A stretch of 64,000 bases of DNA from an uncultured Candidatus Saccharibacteria bacterium (GTDB lineage Bacteria; Patescibacteriota; Saccharimonadia; Saccharimonadales; Saccharimonadaceae). Shown here in pieces: positions 9,772 through 19,909 of this stretch (positions within the stretch are counted from its first letter, which is position 1; the number at the start of each line of letters is the position of its first letter). Below the pieces are notes generated by a model. That model worked only from the letters and a program-made list of their open reading frames with translations, had not been told where the DNA came from and made no database searches. The translations under genes and the position numbers were made by a program. Location: NCBI GenBank assembly GCA_949101405.1, contig CARYFM010000002.1, positions 40,621-104,620 on the forward strand. The letters are read 5' to 3'.

Positions 9772-10431
9772 GTGGAGCAAATTTTGGGAGAAAAAATGCG
9801 ACACACGCGACTTTTGATTAGTTTTGTCACTATCTTAGCTATGAGTAGTGCCCTCTGGGTAAATTACACTTTTGCTATGGGCACTGATGAAACGCTAACC
9901 CCTGACCAAAACCAAGAAACGACACCTGATTACGAAGAATCCGACAATTCGAGTAATACTTCCGGCAACGCCCCTATTGGCGGTGGATCTAACGCTGATA
10001 ATGAGCAGGAACCTGCCCCAGACAAGCCAGAAGAGCCAGAAATTCCCACTATTACTCAACCAGTTCCGCAACCTGAAGATACCGATGTGGCTCCATCCAC
10101 TCCAGATACTAAGCCTTCTACTCAAGCTCCTGTTGTGCCGCCGGTTCAGACACCACGGCCGAACATCTCTGGGAATACCTCATCCAGTAATCAAACACCA
10201 GTTAATGGCTTCGCCCAACCGGAGTTAGACCAACCTGTAGTCGCGGAAGATAGCACCGAAGCTGAATCTACTATTGATGTTCCTCAGACCGGTCTCACAG
10301 AAATGACATCGTCTACCTTTAATCCATTTGCCTTTGCTATGCTTGTTTTGACTGGAATCACTATTGCCTCTGCTGGCGTCATTGTCGTGTTACTTGGCAA
10401 GGCTGCGCGACGAGAACGGGAAATATTGTAA
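9772..10431 (+). CDS. Pro/Thr/acidic low-complexity surface protein with VPQTG-TM-basic anchor
   Basis: N-terminal hydrophobic segment, low-complexity stalk, VPQTG motif, TM and basic tail. Confidence 0.6.
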   Translation: MEQILGEKMRHTRLLISFVTILAMSSALWVNYTFAMGTDETLTPDQNQETTPDYEESDNSSNTSGNAPIGGGSNADNEQEPAPDKPEEPEIPTITQPVPQPEDTDVAPSTPDTKPSTQAPVVPPVQTPRPNISGNTSSSNQTPVNGFAQPELDQPVVAEDSTEAESTIDVPQTGLTEMTSSTFNPFAFAMLVLTGITIASAGVIVVLLGKAARREREIL

Positions 10432-10494
10432 GTGTAAAGTTCTTCACATTTTAGCAATTCTGTGATATAATCAAAGACATAAGACAGGCAAATT

Positions 10495-10571
10495 GGGCTG
10501 TTAGCTCAGTTGGCTAGAGCGCGTCTTTGACGTAGACGAGGTCAGAGGTTCGAATCCTCTATGGCCCACCA
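10495..10571 (+). tRNA. tRNA-Val(GAC)
   Basis: Cloverleaf, anticodon arm CGTCT-TTGACGT-AGACG, GGTTCGAATCC, encoded CCA. Confidence 0.95.
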
Positions 10572-10592
10572 GCGTGTCTTAGTAGGCTTCCT

Positions 10593-10669
10593 GGGTCGGT
10601 AGCTCAGTTGGTTAGAGCACGGGCCTTTTAAGCCCGGTGTCGAGAGTTCGAGCCTCTCCCGACTCACCA
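10593..10669 (+). tRNA. tRNA-Lys(TTT)
   Basis: Anticodon arm CGGGC-CTTTTAA-GCCCG, TTCGA T-loop, CCA end. Confidence 0.95.
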
Positions 10670-10846
10670 TATTAGGACGTCACGTTTGATACAAAACGAT
10701 ATCCATTAAGCCTACATAAGCCAAAAGAAAACCCCTATAAAATGGGGTTTTCTTTTGGTTCAGGTATAAATTTAATCCATTGAGTGATAAATTCATCAAT
10801 AAATTCGGCAATAGGTAAATAAAAAATTAGAGCCTCATTTTACACG

Positions 10847-11302
10847 TTGCACCCAACTTTTATCATTTGCACCCGCTTGCACCACATTGCATCTGCGCAG
10901 GTCTGGAAGCCAACCACGCCTGATGAAAAGAAAAGGTACGCCTGCATGGGCAAAGATGCAGTACAGTATACCCTGCCGAAAGATAATGCCTACCGTATTA
11001 TAATAGAAAACACAATGCAGGGGCCATTATGCTTTAAGTCTTTTGAGGCGGTTCTGGGGGATTATAAAATTGGGAGGACATATAACATTTACACGCTTCC
11101 TGATACAGCATACAGTATGGATAAGGAAATACAGTTCACCATCAAAATTCCATCGGATATTTATAAAAAAGACCGGGAGTACAAGATGATTTGCGTTACA
11201 AAGGACGGACAGCCAATTGTTTACAATGACCTAGATACCAATCCAGAAACCATCACGGTTAAGACAAACAAGTTCTACGCTTATGCGTTGATTTACAGGT
11301 AA
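10847..11302 (+). CDS. Hypothetical protein, probably a C-terminal fragment
   Basis: Open frame with a protein-like C-terminal part. TTG start lies within TTGCACC repeats and lacks an RBS. Confidence 0.45.
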   Translation: MHPTFIICTRLHHIASAQVWKPTTPDEKKRYACMGKDAVQYTLPKDNAYRIIIENTMQGPLCFKSFEAVLGDYKIGRTYNIYTLPDTAYSMDKEIQFTIKIPSDIYKKDREYKMICVTKDGQPIVYNDLDTNPETITVKTNKFYAYALIYR

Positions 11303-11380
11303 AAATATTGAGGACATACAGGTGAACTCTATTGAGGACATCCTATATGCCCTCAATGCACCAAACCGCTCCAGTGCTAT

Positions 11381-12235
11381 TCACCAGGTTAAAAGTATAA
11401 TCGAAGTGTGTACCAATAAAGAGATAGCTGCAATAGTTATAAGTACGCCTAAAATGCAACAAATATGAGCTACAAGTAACGGTAATTTTCGTATATGATG
11501 TGTTAGATATAAGATGACCGTTTTTATGGATTGGGAAATTGCGATTACTGTGAACATTATGCATAAAAACATAAGAGGAATCCCAATAAGCCCAGACCCG
11601 GTATGATGTTCAATGACGCTCGAAACTATCATCTCATGGTTCCCATAGGAAAGAAGCAGTGCCAAAAGCGCATATATCAACACCAGCTTTGCTCTTTCCC
11701 TCAGCAGGTCTGTATCGCTTTGCTGGCTCTGCTGGTATAATTGCGTACTATTATATCTCTCGTTCTCAGGGCACTTTAATATATGATTATAAATAATCCG
11801 AGAAGTTAAAAGAACAGAAAATTCTATGCTCATAAACAGCAAGAACAGCCATATGTATGGGGACATATTTTTCCCGCTGGGTATCACTACCCACATAATG
11901 CTGGATAGAAAAACCACGAATGACGCACATATACTCCAGCCAGCCAAAGTTTTAATCCGCATGTGGTTGCCTGCGCCTATTTTCGCTGCGGAATTTCTTA
12001 CTAAGGCATATACCGCAGCGATTAGCAAAATTGTTGCTAATGGGAATGAGAAAAGGAAGAGTATTACGCCCGCCCATGCAAATTCCAATCCTGCAAGGTC
12101 ACCCGCAAAGCAGAACGCGCCAAGAGTACTTATAATTAATAAAATCCAGTTTATCTCTTCCAGGAACAGTACCCGTGATGGCTTGATTATTTTCTGGCTC
12201 ACTATCGCTGTGTCTGAGTTAATATTGTCTTGCAT
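11381..12235 (-). CDS. Hypothetical multi-pass membrane protein
   Basis: 284-aa ORF with about 7 hydrophobic segments. Confidence 0.6.
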   Translation of the reverse strand: MQDNINSDTAIVSQKIIKPSRVLFLEEINWILLIISTLGAFCFAGDLAGLEFAWAGVILFLFSFPLATILLIAAVYALVRNSAAKIGAGNHMRIKTLAGWSICASFVVFLSSIMWVVIPSGKNMSPYIWLFLLFMSIEFSVLLTSRIIYNHILKCPENERYNSTQLYQQSQQSDTDLLRERAKLVLIYALLALLLSYGNHEMIVSSVIEHHTGSGLIGIPLMFLCIMFTVIAISQSIKTVILYLTHHIRKLPLLVAHICCILGVLITIAAISLLVHTSIILLTW

Positions 12236-12546
12236 ATTTGTTCCTGTTTAGGCTTGATATTAGCTGCCTGCCGCCACAAAAAGCGACACCGCAAGGTGTC
12301 GAATCCGTTCATAACCGCGTATAGAATATGCTGATTATTTATGCGATGCCGCTAAACTGCAACATATTCCTCTAGCGTTTTTTAACTTTTACGCAAATAA
12401 AAACGGTTATCTAAACTGATTCGACAATCCCATTATACCATTTTTCCTGTAATGCTAGTGTTTTTTATGCGTGACACTTGATGAGCAGATACTGTATGAC
12501 AGTCAATACGGCGACTGGGGCTTTACACCATGGCGGTTGTCCCAAT

Positions 12547-12750
12547 CCTCACATCCCTAATACAGTACTCAGGCAGCGGAGGGGGAAAGCGTTATTGTGA
12601 TAAAAAGCATATCGTGGCGATACGCTAGATGTAAACATCAAACCAAGATTCATATTATTACTAGAATTAAATGACGACCAATGGAAACCACCTATCCCTG
12701 GGTATTCTATAATACCATACGTAATACGTACATACCCGCTGCGCACGAAG
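12547..12750 (-). repeat. Type A variable cassette C1 (FVRSG...FPLRCLSTVLGM*)
   Basis: 5' TTCGTGCGCAGCGG and 3' CCCCCTCCGCTGCCTGAGTACTGTATTAGGGATG. In-frame stop 12 codons upstream. Confidence 0.9.
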
Positions 12751-12843
12751 CCTTCAAAAATTAGAAAAATTTGAAGGCTCTATTTTGCCATAACAGGGGC
12801 GATTGTTGGAATCAACCTTCAAAATTTTGCAAAAAATTGAAGG
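12749..12843. repeat. Twin-palindrome spacer between divergent cassettes C1 and C2
   Basis: CCTTCAA...TTGAAGG palindromes at 12749-12779 and 12816-12843 flank TAACAGGGG. Confidence 0.7.
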
Positions 12844-12869
12844 CTAGCAAGGTGACAAAAACGCTCATT

Positions 12870-13087
12870 TTCGTGCGCAGCGGGTTTGTTGATTTGCCTA
12901 ATACTGATAGTACTTTAAGATATACTGGCACTAATAGTGACTACTGGTCATCACGCTCCTATTTAACGCCCATCTTCGCATATTATTTTGATAATAATCC
13001 TGATGGCGTCTATTCTTCAGGCGGTCCAAATAACCGTTGGTACGCTTTCCCCCTCCGCTGCCTGAGTACTGTATTAGGGATGTGAGG
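12870..13087 (+). repeat. Type A variable cassette C2
   Basis: Same 14-nt 5' and 34-nt 3' motifs. 70 in-frame codons ending LGM-TGA. Confidence 0.9.
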
Positions 13088-13102
13088 AGAAAAATATAAA
13101 TG

Positions 13103-13560
13103 TCAAAAGATCGGCACCCCGCCGCGGCAAAACCAGCGGAGGGGGAGACCGTTGTAGCGATTGTTCGGGCCCCACGACGGGCGTGACTCGGTAGCATTAA
13201 ACTCAAACCAGTAGGCTAAAGTATTACTAGACGGTGAAGTACGCGACGACCACTCATAGCCAATGTTGCCAGCGTTCCTGAAAGTACCAGCAGTATTCGC
13301 CAGATTGACGTTCCCGCTGCGCACGAAGTAATCCGTACCACGTAAACGATCTAAGTAGAAACGACAACTAATGACAAAGCACTACGGTCATAGGTAAAGA
13401 GGCTTATTCCAAATCGATATTAGCCATAACTACTATGATTGCTATCCTCTTATTACTTTCCTAACTCCAAGGCAAGCCTCTCGATCTTTCAAAGGAGACC
13501 GCTAGCGAGCGGAGGAGTGAGCTCTGGCTGCTATTGGTATCCATGGATACTTATCCACAA
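13103..13560 (-). ncRNA. Type B unit B1: putative DGR template-like RNA (leader + AAC-rich cassette + distinct 3' tail)
   Basis: Extended -10 TGCTAAAAT at 13565-13573 (minus). Leader is homologous to that of 41179-41612. Cassette at 13103-13328 ends TGGTTTTGCCGCGGCGGGGTGCCGATCTTT. Confidence 0.65.
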
Positions 13561-13591
13561 CATCATTTTAGCACGATGTTATAATGGATTC

Positions 13592-13966
13592 ATGAATCGC
13601 ATTCAAACCGAAGCCTTTATCCATGAAAACTTTGCTGGCATTGCCCAAGATTATCCCTGGGCAGACACCCCAGATTGTGCCGTGTTTCGTCACAGTGATA
13701 ATCGTAAATGGTTCGCTCTTATTTCTAAGGCTAGCTACCATACACTTGGACTAGAAAAGGAAGGAACTGTCGATTTTATTAACCTTAAATGCGATCCCGA
13801 TTTATTGGAAGAGATCTTTCACGAACCAGGAATTTTACCAGCTTATCACATGAATAAGCGCCATTGGCTTACGATAGTTCTAGATAGCGGTTGTTTGGAC
13901 GAGCGCTTGAAAAGCTTAATCGATCTCAGCTATCGTCTCACCGCTAGACATCATCGCGCCAAATAA
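13592..13966 (+). CDS. MmcQ/YjbR-family DNA-binding protein
   Basis: DYPW, VFRH..NRKWFA, INLKCDP, PAYHMNKRHW, LIDLSY. Start reassigned to ATG 13592. Confidence 0.9.
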   Translation: MNRIQTEAFIHENFAGIAQDYPWADTPDCAVFRHSDNRKWFALISKASYHTLGLEKEGTVDFINLKCDPDLLEEIFHEPGILPAYHMNKRHWLTIVLDSGCLDERLKSLIDLSYRLTARHHRAK

Positions 13967-13996
13967 TATTCAATCCGTGCTATAATAGAGGGAATT

Positions 13997-14815
13997 ATGG
14001 TAGAGAAAACTGCGAAAAAGTCCACGCCCGTGGCTAAAAGAACCACCAAATCCGCTAAAAAGTCGTCCGATCATGCTAAGGCTAAGTCGATTTCAGATTA
14101 CAACGGCTACGATTATAAGAAGATTTTTTGGGAAGACGCTGATCGTAAGTATGAGGATACCGCGGATCGTATGGCAATTCGTCGGCTTTTGCCACGAGAA
14201 ATGGGTGATTTTGTTGATATCGCTGGCGGGTATGGTCGTCTCGCTAACGAATATTTGCCTCGCGCACGGTCAGCTACTTTGTTTGACTATTCCAAAACCG
14301 AGTTAGCTCAAGCCAAGGAAATTTACGGTGATCAGCTCAAAACCAAAGATGGTGATATCTATTCACTGCCTTTCAAGGATAATTCTTTTGATGCTCTTAT
14401 GATGGTACGTGCCACACATCATTTTAAGGATATGCAGAAAGTATCTAATGAACTTTATCGTATTCTCAAACCTGGCGGAGTAGCAGTGATAGAGGTTGCC
14501 AACAAACGCACCCTCCCTCGCATTTTCCGCTATTGGACCGGCAAAACCAATCAAAATCCATTTAGCCTTGAGCCAGTTCATCTGAAAGAAATCGACGCTG
14601 ACGGCTTTTATAACTACCATCCCAAATACATCGAAGAGATTTTTAAAAATTCTGGTTTTCAGATTAGCGAAGTGCTTTCAGTTTCCAACTTCCGGAGCAC
14701 GCGCCTCAAGGCTATTTTTGGCAATAAGTTCTTGATTAATCTAGAATCAGGTGCCCAAAAACTTCTCGCCCCCGTACGTTTTGCCCCTTCAATCTACTAT
14801 AAATTAGTAAAATAG
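13997..14815 (+). CDS. Class I SAM-dependent methyltransferase
   Basis: VDIAGGYGRL motif I, GDIYSLPFKDNSFD and LKPGG. Confidence 0.85.
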   Translation: MVEKTAKKSTPVAKRTTKSAKKSSDHAKAKSISDYNGYDYKKIFWEDADRKYEDTADRMAIRRLLPREMGDFVDIAGGYGRLANEYLPRARSATLFDYSKTELAQAKEIYGDQLKTKDGDIYSLPFKDNSFDALMMVRATHHFKDMQKVSNELYRILKPGGVAVIEVANKRTLPRIFRYWTGKTNQNPFSLEPVHLKEIDADGFYNYHPKYIEEIFKNSGFQISEVLSVSNFRSTRLKAIFGNKFLINLESGAQKLLAPVRFAPSIYYKLVK

Positions 14816-14826
14816 TATTGGCGTTT

Positions 14827-15267
14827 TTACAGCAAATATGTTTTTAATTTTACAATAAACTCACCCACATCAATTCTTTTGCGCAATTCATCTTCGAATT
14901 CTAGCCCTGCAATTTGTAGCGGGCGAATGTCTTTTACGCGTTTGCCCATGCTAAAAAATCTCACTTTCTTACCCTGCTTCATTGCGAGCATAATTTCGTG
15001 GTAACAACCATCCGCAATCGGTCCAAACTGCCATAATTCGTCTGCATGCAAAATCAAATTGTTATTAGCGCGCACAATCAGATCACGCTTTACCTGGTCG
15101 CCCAAGAAATAATTCCAATTCATGAAAGGGTTTAACGGCAAATAGCCTTCCTTCAAGGCAAAAGCCGAAATTAGTTCTTTCGCATAAAAATGGTATTTTG
15201 AGAATGCTGTGTATGTAGCCGGAATTTTCTTCTGCAAGTCGCTCATCATGTTTTTCGATTTACTCAA
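14827..15267 (-). CDS. Hypothetical protein (nucleoside deoxyribosyltransferase-like fold possible)
   Basis: PLNPF and ADELWQFGPIADGCYHEI pattern. Confidence 0.55.
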   Translation of the reverse strand: MSKSKNMMSDLQKKIPATYTAFSKYHFYAKELISAFALKEGYLPLNPFMNWNYFLGDQVKRDLIVRANNNLILHADELWQFGPIADGCYHEIMLAMKQGKKVRFFSMGKRVKDIRPLQIAGLEFEDELRKRIDVGEFIVKLKTYLL

Positions 15268-15275
15268 GATATCAG

Positions 15276-15350
15276 TGGCGGCCTCAGCTGGAATCGAACC
15301 AGCATTGTAGACTTAGAGGGTCTATGTCCTATCCGTTGAACGATGAGGCC
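15276..15350 (-). tRNA. tRNA-Arg(TCT)
   Basis: Minus-strand cloverleaf, arm TAGAC-CCTCTAA-GTCTA, CCA end. Confidence 0.93.
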
Positions 15351-15452
15351 ATGACTTCATTTTAGCACAATATCGTGCTTTACTTAGTAACATGTGAGTA
15401 ATAAAATAAAAATAGCCTTGCGGCTTTAATAAATTTATGCTCTAATATGTCC

Positions 15453-15527
15453 TGGTGACCTCTGCGGGAATCGAACCCGCGTTGCCGGGATGAAAACCCG
15501 GTGTACTAACCGTTATACTAAGAGGCC
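15453..15527 (-). tRNA. tRNA-Glu(TTC)
   Basis: Arm CCGGG-TTTTCAT-CCCGG, GGTTCGATTCC, CCA end. Confidence 0.95.
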
Positions 15528-15566
15528 ACGACTCTATTTTAACAAAAGTCAGAGATTTAGTCAACT

Positions 15567-16037
15567 TTATTGCTTAGGAAAATCACCTTCTTCGCATTGC
15601 CAAATGTATTCCACTGTATAATCCCGTTGCCCATAAGGCTCCTGTGGAAAGAACTTTACGCCCGTAGCATTAGTATTACATCCTAATTTATCAAATACTT
15701 TTGCTAAATCGGCATACTCATCGTCATTATAATGCAATAATTGACGTAAATATGTTGTTGGCACACCAACCTCATAATATACTTTTAGCATCGTCTCAGG
15801 ATTGTTTTCAAGATTACCCAAGAGTCTTGGGTATAGATACTCCACATAGTAGGCATTCGCCAATTTTTCTAGTTCGATTTCCGCTTTTTCTTGGGGGCTC
15901 TTGCGCATTCCAGTACAAAGCGCCAGCGCTATGAGTAAACTAGAGCAAATTACAATCCCAATTAAAGTCCACTCTGGCCAGCCCAAAACATACTTGGGTC
16001 TAGACTTTTTATCATTTTTATCTGCATGCTTGCCCAT
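15567..16037 (-). CDS. Hypothetical membrane-anchored protein
   Basis: Single N-terminal TM helix. -10-like box just upstream of the ATG. Confidence 0.65.
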   Translation of the reverse strand: MGKHADKNDKKSRPKYVLGWPEWTLIGIVICSSLLIALALCTGMRKSPQEKAEIELEKLANAYYVEYLYPRLLGNLENNPETMLKVYYEVGVPTTYLRQLLHYNDDEYADLAKVFDKLGCNTNATGVKFFPQEPYGQRDYTVEYIWQCEEGDFPKQ

Positions 16038-16141
16038 AGAATAATTTTATCATAAGAATTATAAAAAACATAACAAAATGGGTTTAGATCAGCAAATCCG
16101 CGACTAGAATGTTATCTGTTTCTATGGTAAAATATAGGCAT

Positions 16142-17572
16142 ATGAGTAAACTATTTAAACGTACAAAAATCCTCGCTACGATTGGCCCAGCCGTCGATAG
16201 CGCCGAAAAAATTGAAGAAATCATCATGGCCGGAGTCAACGGTTGCCGTCTCAACTTCTCCCATGGTACTTACGAAAAAATGGACGAATTTATCGGTTGG
16301 ATTCGTCAAGCTGCCGAGAAGAAAGGTCGCGCTATTACCATTTTGCAAGACCTGCAAGGACCAAAAATCCGTTTAGGGCAGATTCAGAACAACCACTACG
16401 ACATTAAAGAGGGTGATGAAATCATTCTAGATTATGCCGTCAAGGAGCATGACGGTAGTCTCACTTTTCCAATCCAATACAACTTGGCTGAAAAAGTCAA
16501 AGTAGATGAGCCCATCTATATTTTTGATGGTAAAGTACGTACTCACGTTACAGAGATTATGTCTAATACGGCTATCAAAGTGGTTGCCGAGAACGACGGC
16601 TTTGTTATGAGCAACAAGGGTCTCAATCTTCCTGATACCGATTTCGGTGGTGATATTCTTACCCCTAAGGATCTGGCAGATATCGAATGGGGAATTAGCC
16701 GCGATTTTGACTATGTAGCGCTTTCATTTGTGCAGTGCGCTGAAGATATTGAACAGCTCCGTGCTTTGTTACGTTCTAAGGGATCTAACGCCAAAATCAT
16801 TGCTAAAATCGAGACCAAAAAGGCTGTCGAAGACGACTCGCACCTTGAAAAAATAGTTGAAGCCAGCGACGCTATTATGGTGGCTCGTGGTGATATGGCT
16901 TACGAAGCTGGTGCGGAAATCGTGCCTATTGTGCAACGCAAACTAGTAAATTTCTGTCGCAAACATGCCAAGATTTGCATTGTGGCTACGCAAACTATGG
17001 GTTCAATGGTGGATAGCCCTATTCCAACCCGCGCCGAAGTGAGCGATGTAGCAAATGCTGTTATCCAAGGTGCAGATGTAGTAATGCTTTCCGACGAGAC
17101 TACCAACGGTAAATACCCACTAGAAACCGTTAAAGAGCTCAAAAAGATTATTCTCTACACACAAAACCATGCCGATGTTGCTCCTATTCCAGAGGATCCA
17201 CGTGGCGACAATCCTAACTATGATGCGCTTTCCGAAGCCGCAGCCAGTTTGGCTGAGCGCCTTGAAGCCGATGCCATTATTTGTCAGACTGCCTCTGGTG
17301 CTACGGCACGCGCCATGGCTTCACAGCGACCTAATTTGCCAATTATTACTGTCACTGGTGACCAGCGCGTTGCCAACCAACTAGCCTTAACTTATGCTAA
17401 CTCCGCTTTTGTGCGTCCATATTCTACCAATTGCGGCATTGATCTGGCTCGTGAACTCAAGGCTTCTGGTTATTTGCAAATGCCAGCGGGGCACGACCAT
17501 CTACGCGTGGTCGTAGTTTCCGGCGACCGTGATGTCGCCGGTACCGACACTATCAAATTACGTGAAATCTAG
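16142..17572 (+). CDS. pyk: Pyruvate kinase
   Basis: RTKILATIGPA, RLNFSHG, DLQGPKIR, IIAKIE, MVARGD, PTRAEVSDVANA. Confidence 0.97.
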   Translation: MSKLFKRTKILATIGPAVDSAEKIEEIIMAGVNGCRLNFSHGTYEKMDEFIGWIRQAAEKKGRAITILQDLQGPKIRLGQIQNNHYDIKEGDEIILDYAVKEHDGSLTFPIQYNLAEKVKVDEPIYIFDGKVRTHVTEIMSNTAIKVVAENDGFVMSNKGLNLPDTDFGGDILTPKDLADIEWGISRDFDYVALSFVQCAEDIEQLRALLRSKGSNAKIIAKIETKKAVEDDSHLEKIVEASDAIMVARGDMAYEAGAEIVPIVQRKLVNFCRKHAKICIVATQTMGSMVDSPIPTRAEVSDVANAVIQGADVVMLSDETTNGKYPLETVKELKKIILYTQNHADVAPIPEDPRGDNPNYDALSEAAASLAERLEADAIICQTASGATARAMASQRPNLPIITVTGDQRVANQLALTYANSAFVRPYSTNCGIDLARELKASGYLQMPAGHDHLRVVVVSGDRDVAGTDTIKLREI

Positions 17573-17589
17573 CATTTTTAAGGAGGTAA

Positions 17590-18723
17590 ATGTTTTCCAA
17601 GAAAACAGTTCGCGACATTGATGTCGAGGACAAAATTGTTCTGGTGCGCACAGATTATAATGTGCCGCTGGTTCCAGTTGAAGCGGGTGAGTTGGAAAAT
17701 GAACCCATAATTATCAATCCAACTAGCGAATCTAAACAACAAATCGCCAGTGACCTGCGCATTCATGCCAGTTTGCCCACTATCAAGTATCTACTCGAGC
17801 ATAAAGCAGCCAAAATTATCCTGATGTCGCACCTCGGTCGCCCTAACGGTCAGCGTGATAAGTCACTCTCGTTATATGTCGCAGCCGAAAAACTCGCCGA
17901 ATTATTACCAGGGGTCACAGTTAACTTCGTCGATGACGTTTCTGGCCCTGAGGTGGAAATGGCGATTGAAGATCTGCCTGATGGCGGTATCCTCTTGCTC
18001 GAAAACCTCCGCTTTTCACCTGAAGAAGAAGCAAACTCCGAGGAATTTGCTCGCGAGATTGTCGACTCTACTCATGCTGAGCTGTTTGTGCAAGATGGCT
18101 TTGCAGTGGTGCACCGCGCCCATACTTCTACTGAGGCTATTACGCATATTTTGCCATCTGTTGCCGGATTGCTCTTAGAGAAAGAGGTCAAAACCCTAAC
18201 AGAAATAACCAAAAATCCTGCGCACCCTTTTATAGTGTTGATTGGTGGTGCCAAAGTCGCCGACAAACAACCGCTGATCGACAAATTTTCTTCAGTCGCC
18301 GATACGATTTATGTTGGTGGTAAAATTGCTGCCGACGGCTATAAATCCAACAACCCCAAAATTATCGTAGCCGAAGACTTTGACGAGGACAGTACTGGCG
18401 TCAAACTTGATATTGGACCGGTCAGTACTACGAAATTAGTTGAATTGTTGCAAAATGCCAAAACAGTACTCTGGAATGGGGTCTTAGGCAAAGTCGAAGA
18501 TGCTGCTTATGCCACTGCCTCCACTATCGTCGCTAAGGTTATAGGCGAAAATCCTAATATTACATCTGTAATTTGTGGTGGCGATACCTCTGGATTCGTA
18601 GAAAATCTTTGCGCAGACGATCCAGAGCTCAAATTTTCACTCGTTTCTACTGGTGGTGGTGCTGCACTTGAATTATTATCCGGGCAAGCCTTACCAGGGG
18701 TAGACGGATTAGAAGATTTGTAA
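17590..18723 (+). CDS. pgk: Phosphoglycerate kinase
   Basis: RTDYNVP, SHLGRP, LLENLRF, GGAKVADK, STGGGA. Confidence 0.96.
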   Translation: MFSKKTVRDIDVEDKIVLVRTDYNVPLVPVEAGELENEPIIINPTSESKQQIASDLRIHASLPTIKYLLEHKAAKIILMSHLGRPNGQRDKSLSLYVAAEKLAELLPGVTVNFVDDVSGPEVEMAIEDLPDGGILLLENLRFSPEEEANSEEFAREIVDSTHAELFVQDGFAVVHRAHTSTEAITHILPSVAGLLLEKEVKTLTEITKNPAHPFIVLIGGAKVADKQPLIDKFSSVADTIYVGGKIAADGYKSNNPKIIVAEDFDEDSTGVKLDIGPVSTTKLVELLQNAKTVLWNGVLGKVEDAAYATASTIVAKVIGENPNITSVICGGDTSGFVENLCADDPELKFSLVSTGGGAALELLSGQALPGVDGLEDL

Positions 18724-18770
18724 TATAATAGATAGTAAATACAGAGAATAGAAAAAGGAGTCTAATTTAT

Positions 18771-19427
18771 ATGTCTAACCAACTTACTTTGGAAGGCCGC
18801 ACTGCTCAGGGTAAAAAGCTCAAAGCTTTGCGTGCTGCAGGTCAAATTCCATCTGTCGTCTATGGTGGCGATGAGCCAGTTTTGGGCGCTTCCGCTTATA
18901 ATGCTACAGAGAAAGTCCTGCTTGAGGCCGGTTATCACTCACCAGTTGAGCTTTTGATTGCTGGCGAGCCACAGCTCGCCATTGTTAAGAATGTTGCAGT
19001 TGATCCAGTTAGTCGCCGCATCATGAATGTTGAATTTCAAGCAATTTCTGCCGATGAAATCGTTGAAGCTACTACTCCAATTCGTGTAGTTAATTTTGAC
19101 GCTTCAGATGCCGCCAAGTTACACTATGTAATTATGCCGGTTTTGGAAGAGATCGAAGTCAAAGCTAAGCCTTCTGACTTACCCGAAGAATTGACCGTTG
19201 ACGGCTCCAAACTTGCTGGCACCGATGATAAACTCACCATTGCCGACTTAGTCTTGCCGCAAGGTGTTGAATTAGCAGACAAAGAACTTGAAGTTACCAC
19301 TGTAATTGCTAATGTTTACGACCCAGTAGCTGAAGCTGCCGCTCGTGACGCCGAAGATGAAAAGGCTGCTGAGAGTTCCGCTGAGGCTCCAGCCGCCGAA
19401 ACTGCCCCAGCCGAAAAAGCCGAGTAG
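18771..19427 (+). CDS. rplY: 50S ribosomal protein L25 (Ctc form)
   Basis: LRAAGQIPSVVYG, VDPVSRRIMNVEF and an acidic tail. Confidence 0.9.
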   Translation: MSNQLTLEGRTAQGKKLKALRAAGQIPSVVYGGDEPVLGASAYNATEKVLLEAGYHSPVELLIAGEPQLAIVKNVAVDPVSRRIMNVEFQAISADEIVEATTPIRVVNFDASDAAKLHYVIMPVLEEIEVKAKPSDLPEELTVDGSKLAGTDDKLTIADLVLPQGVELADKELEVTTVIANVYDPVAEAAARDAEDEKAAESSAEAPAAETAPAEKAE

Positions 19428-19517
19428 TCAATCTTAGGTTCGGACAAGAAAATAAGGCACCGTGCATCGCACGGTGCCTTTGTCTAGACAAAGTTCTAAT
19501 AGATATGGTTTTGGGAC

Positions 19518-19909
19518 TTAGTTCCCCAAAGTTGATAAAAGGCAAGCCAGTCCAGATGGGGAATAAGGGTACAGGTGTTCTTCTTTGTCCCGCTTGAGAA
19601 CTATGTAGAATTCCCGCATTTCCATTAAATAGTCCTGCGCTTTAGCAAAATCCATCCACTCATCAAAGCAGTCACACCACCGGGTTTTCCAGTTAAAAGC
19701 AGTAACTTTTAAGTCTGCCTCTACTGCATGATAGCCCTCAATACTAAAAGTAAACGCATTGGAAGTAATATCTCCGGTATCCGATACGTATCTCAGCGTA
19801 ACTGAATTATCGTTCACGTAGCTGATCCGTTTACAAACTGCGCTAGCCTGTTTAACTCGTCAAACAACTTTTTCAATTGCTTGTCTCCGTTTCTAAAACC
19901 AATTTCCAT
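19518..19909 (-). pseudogene. Hypothetical gene with an apparent 1-nt frameshift
   Basis: AGGAGG RBS and ATG at 19909 open a 31-codon frame that overlaps the 19518-19817 frame. Total length 392 nt (3n+2). Confidence 0.45.

Noticed and set aside
12547..13328. CRISPR array interpretation of the repeated 34-mer
   Set aside because: Copies are dispersed, in both orientations, attached to ~200-bp homologous coding-like interiors rather than unique short spacers, and no cas genes are present.
13439..13591. N-terminal extension of the MmcQ/YjbR ORF
   Set aside because: It overlaps the B1 leader on the opposite strand; the family domain starts at ATG 13592 after a -10 box.
17670..17745. Short insertion in Pgk after DYNVPL
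   Set aside because: Falls in a normally variable loop and shows no DNA symmetry.
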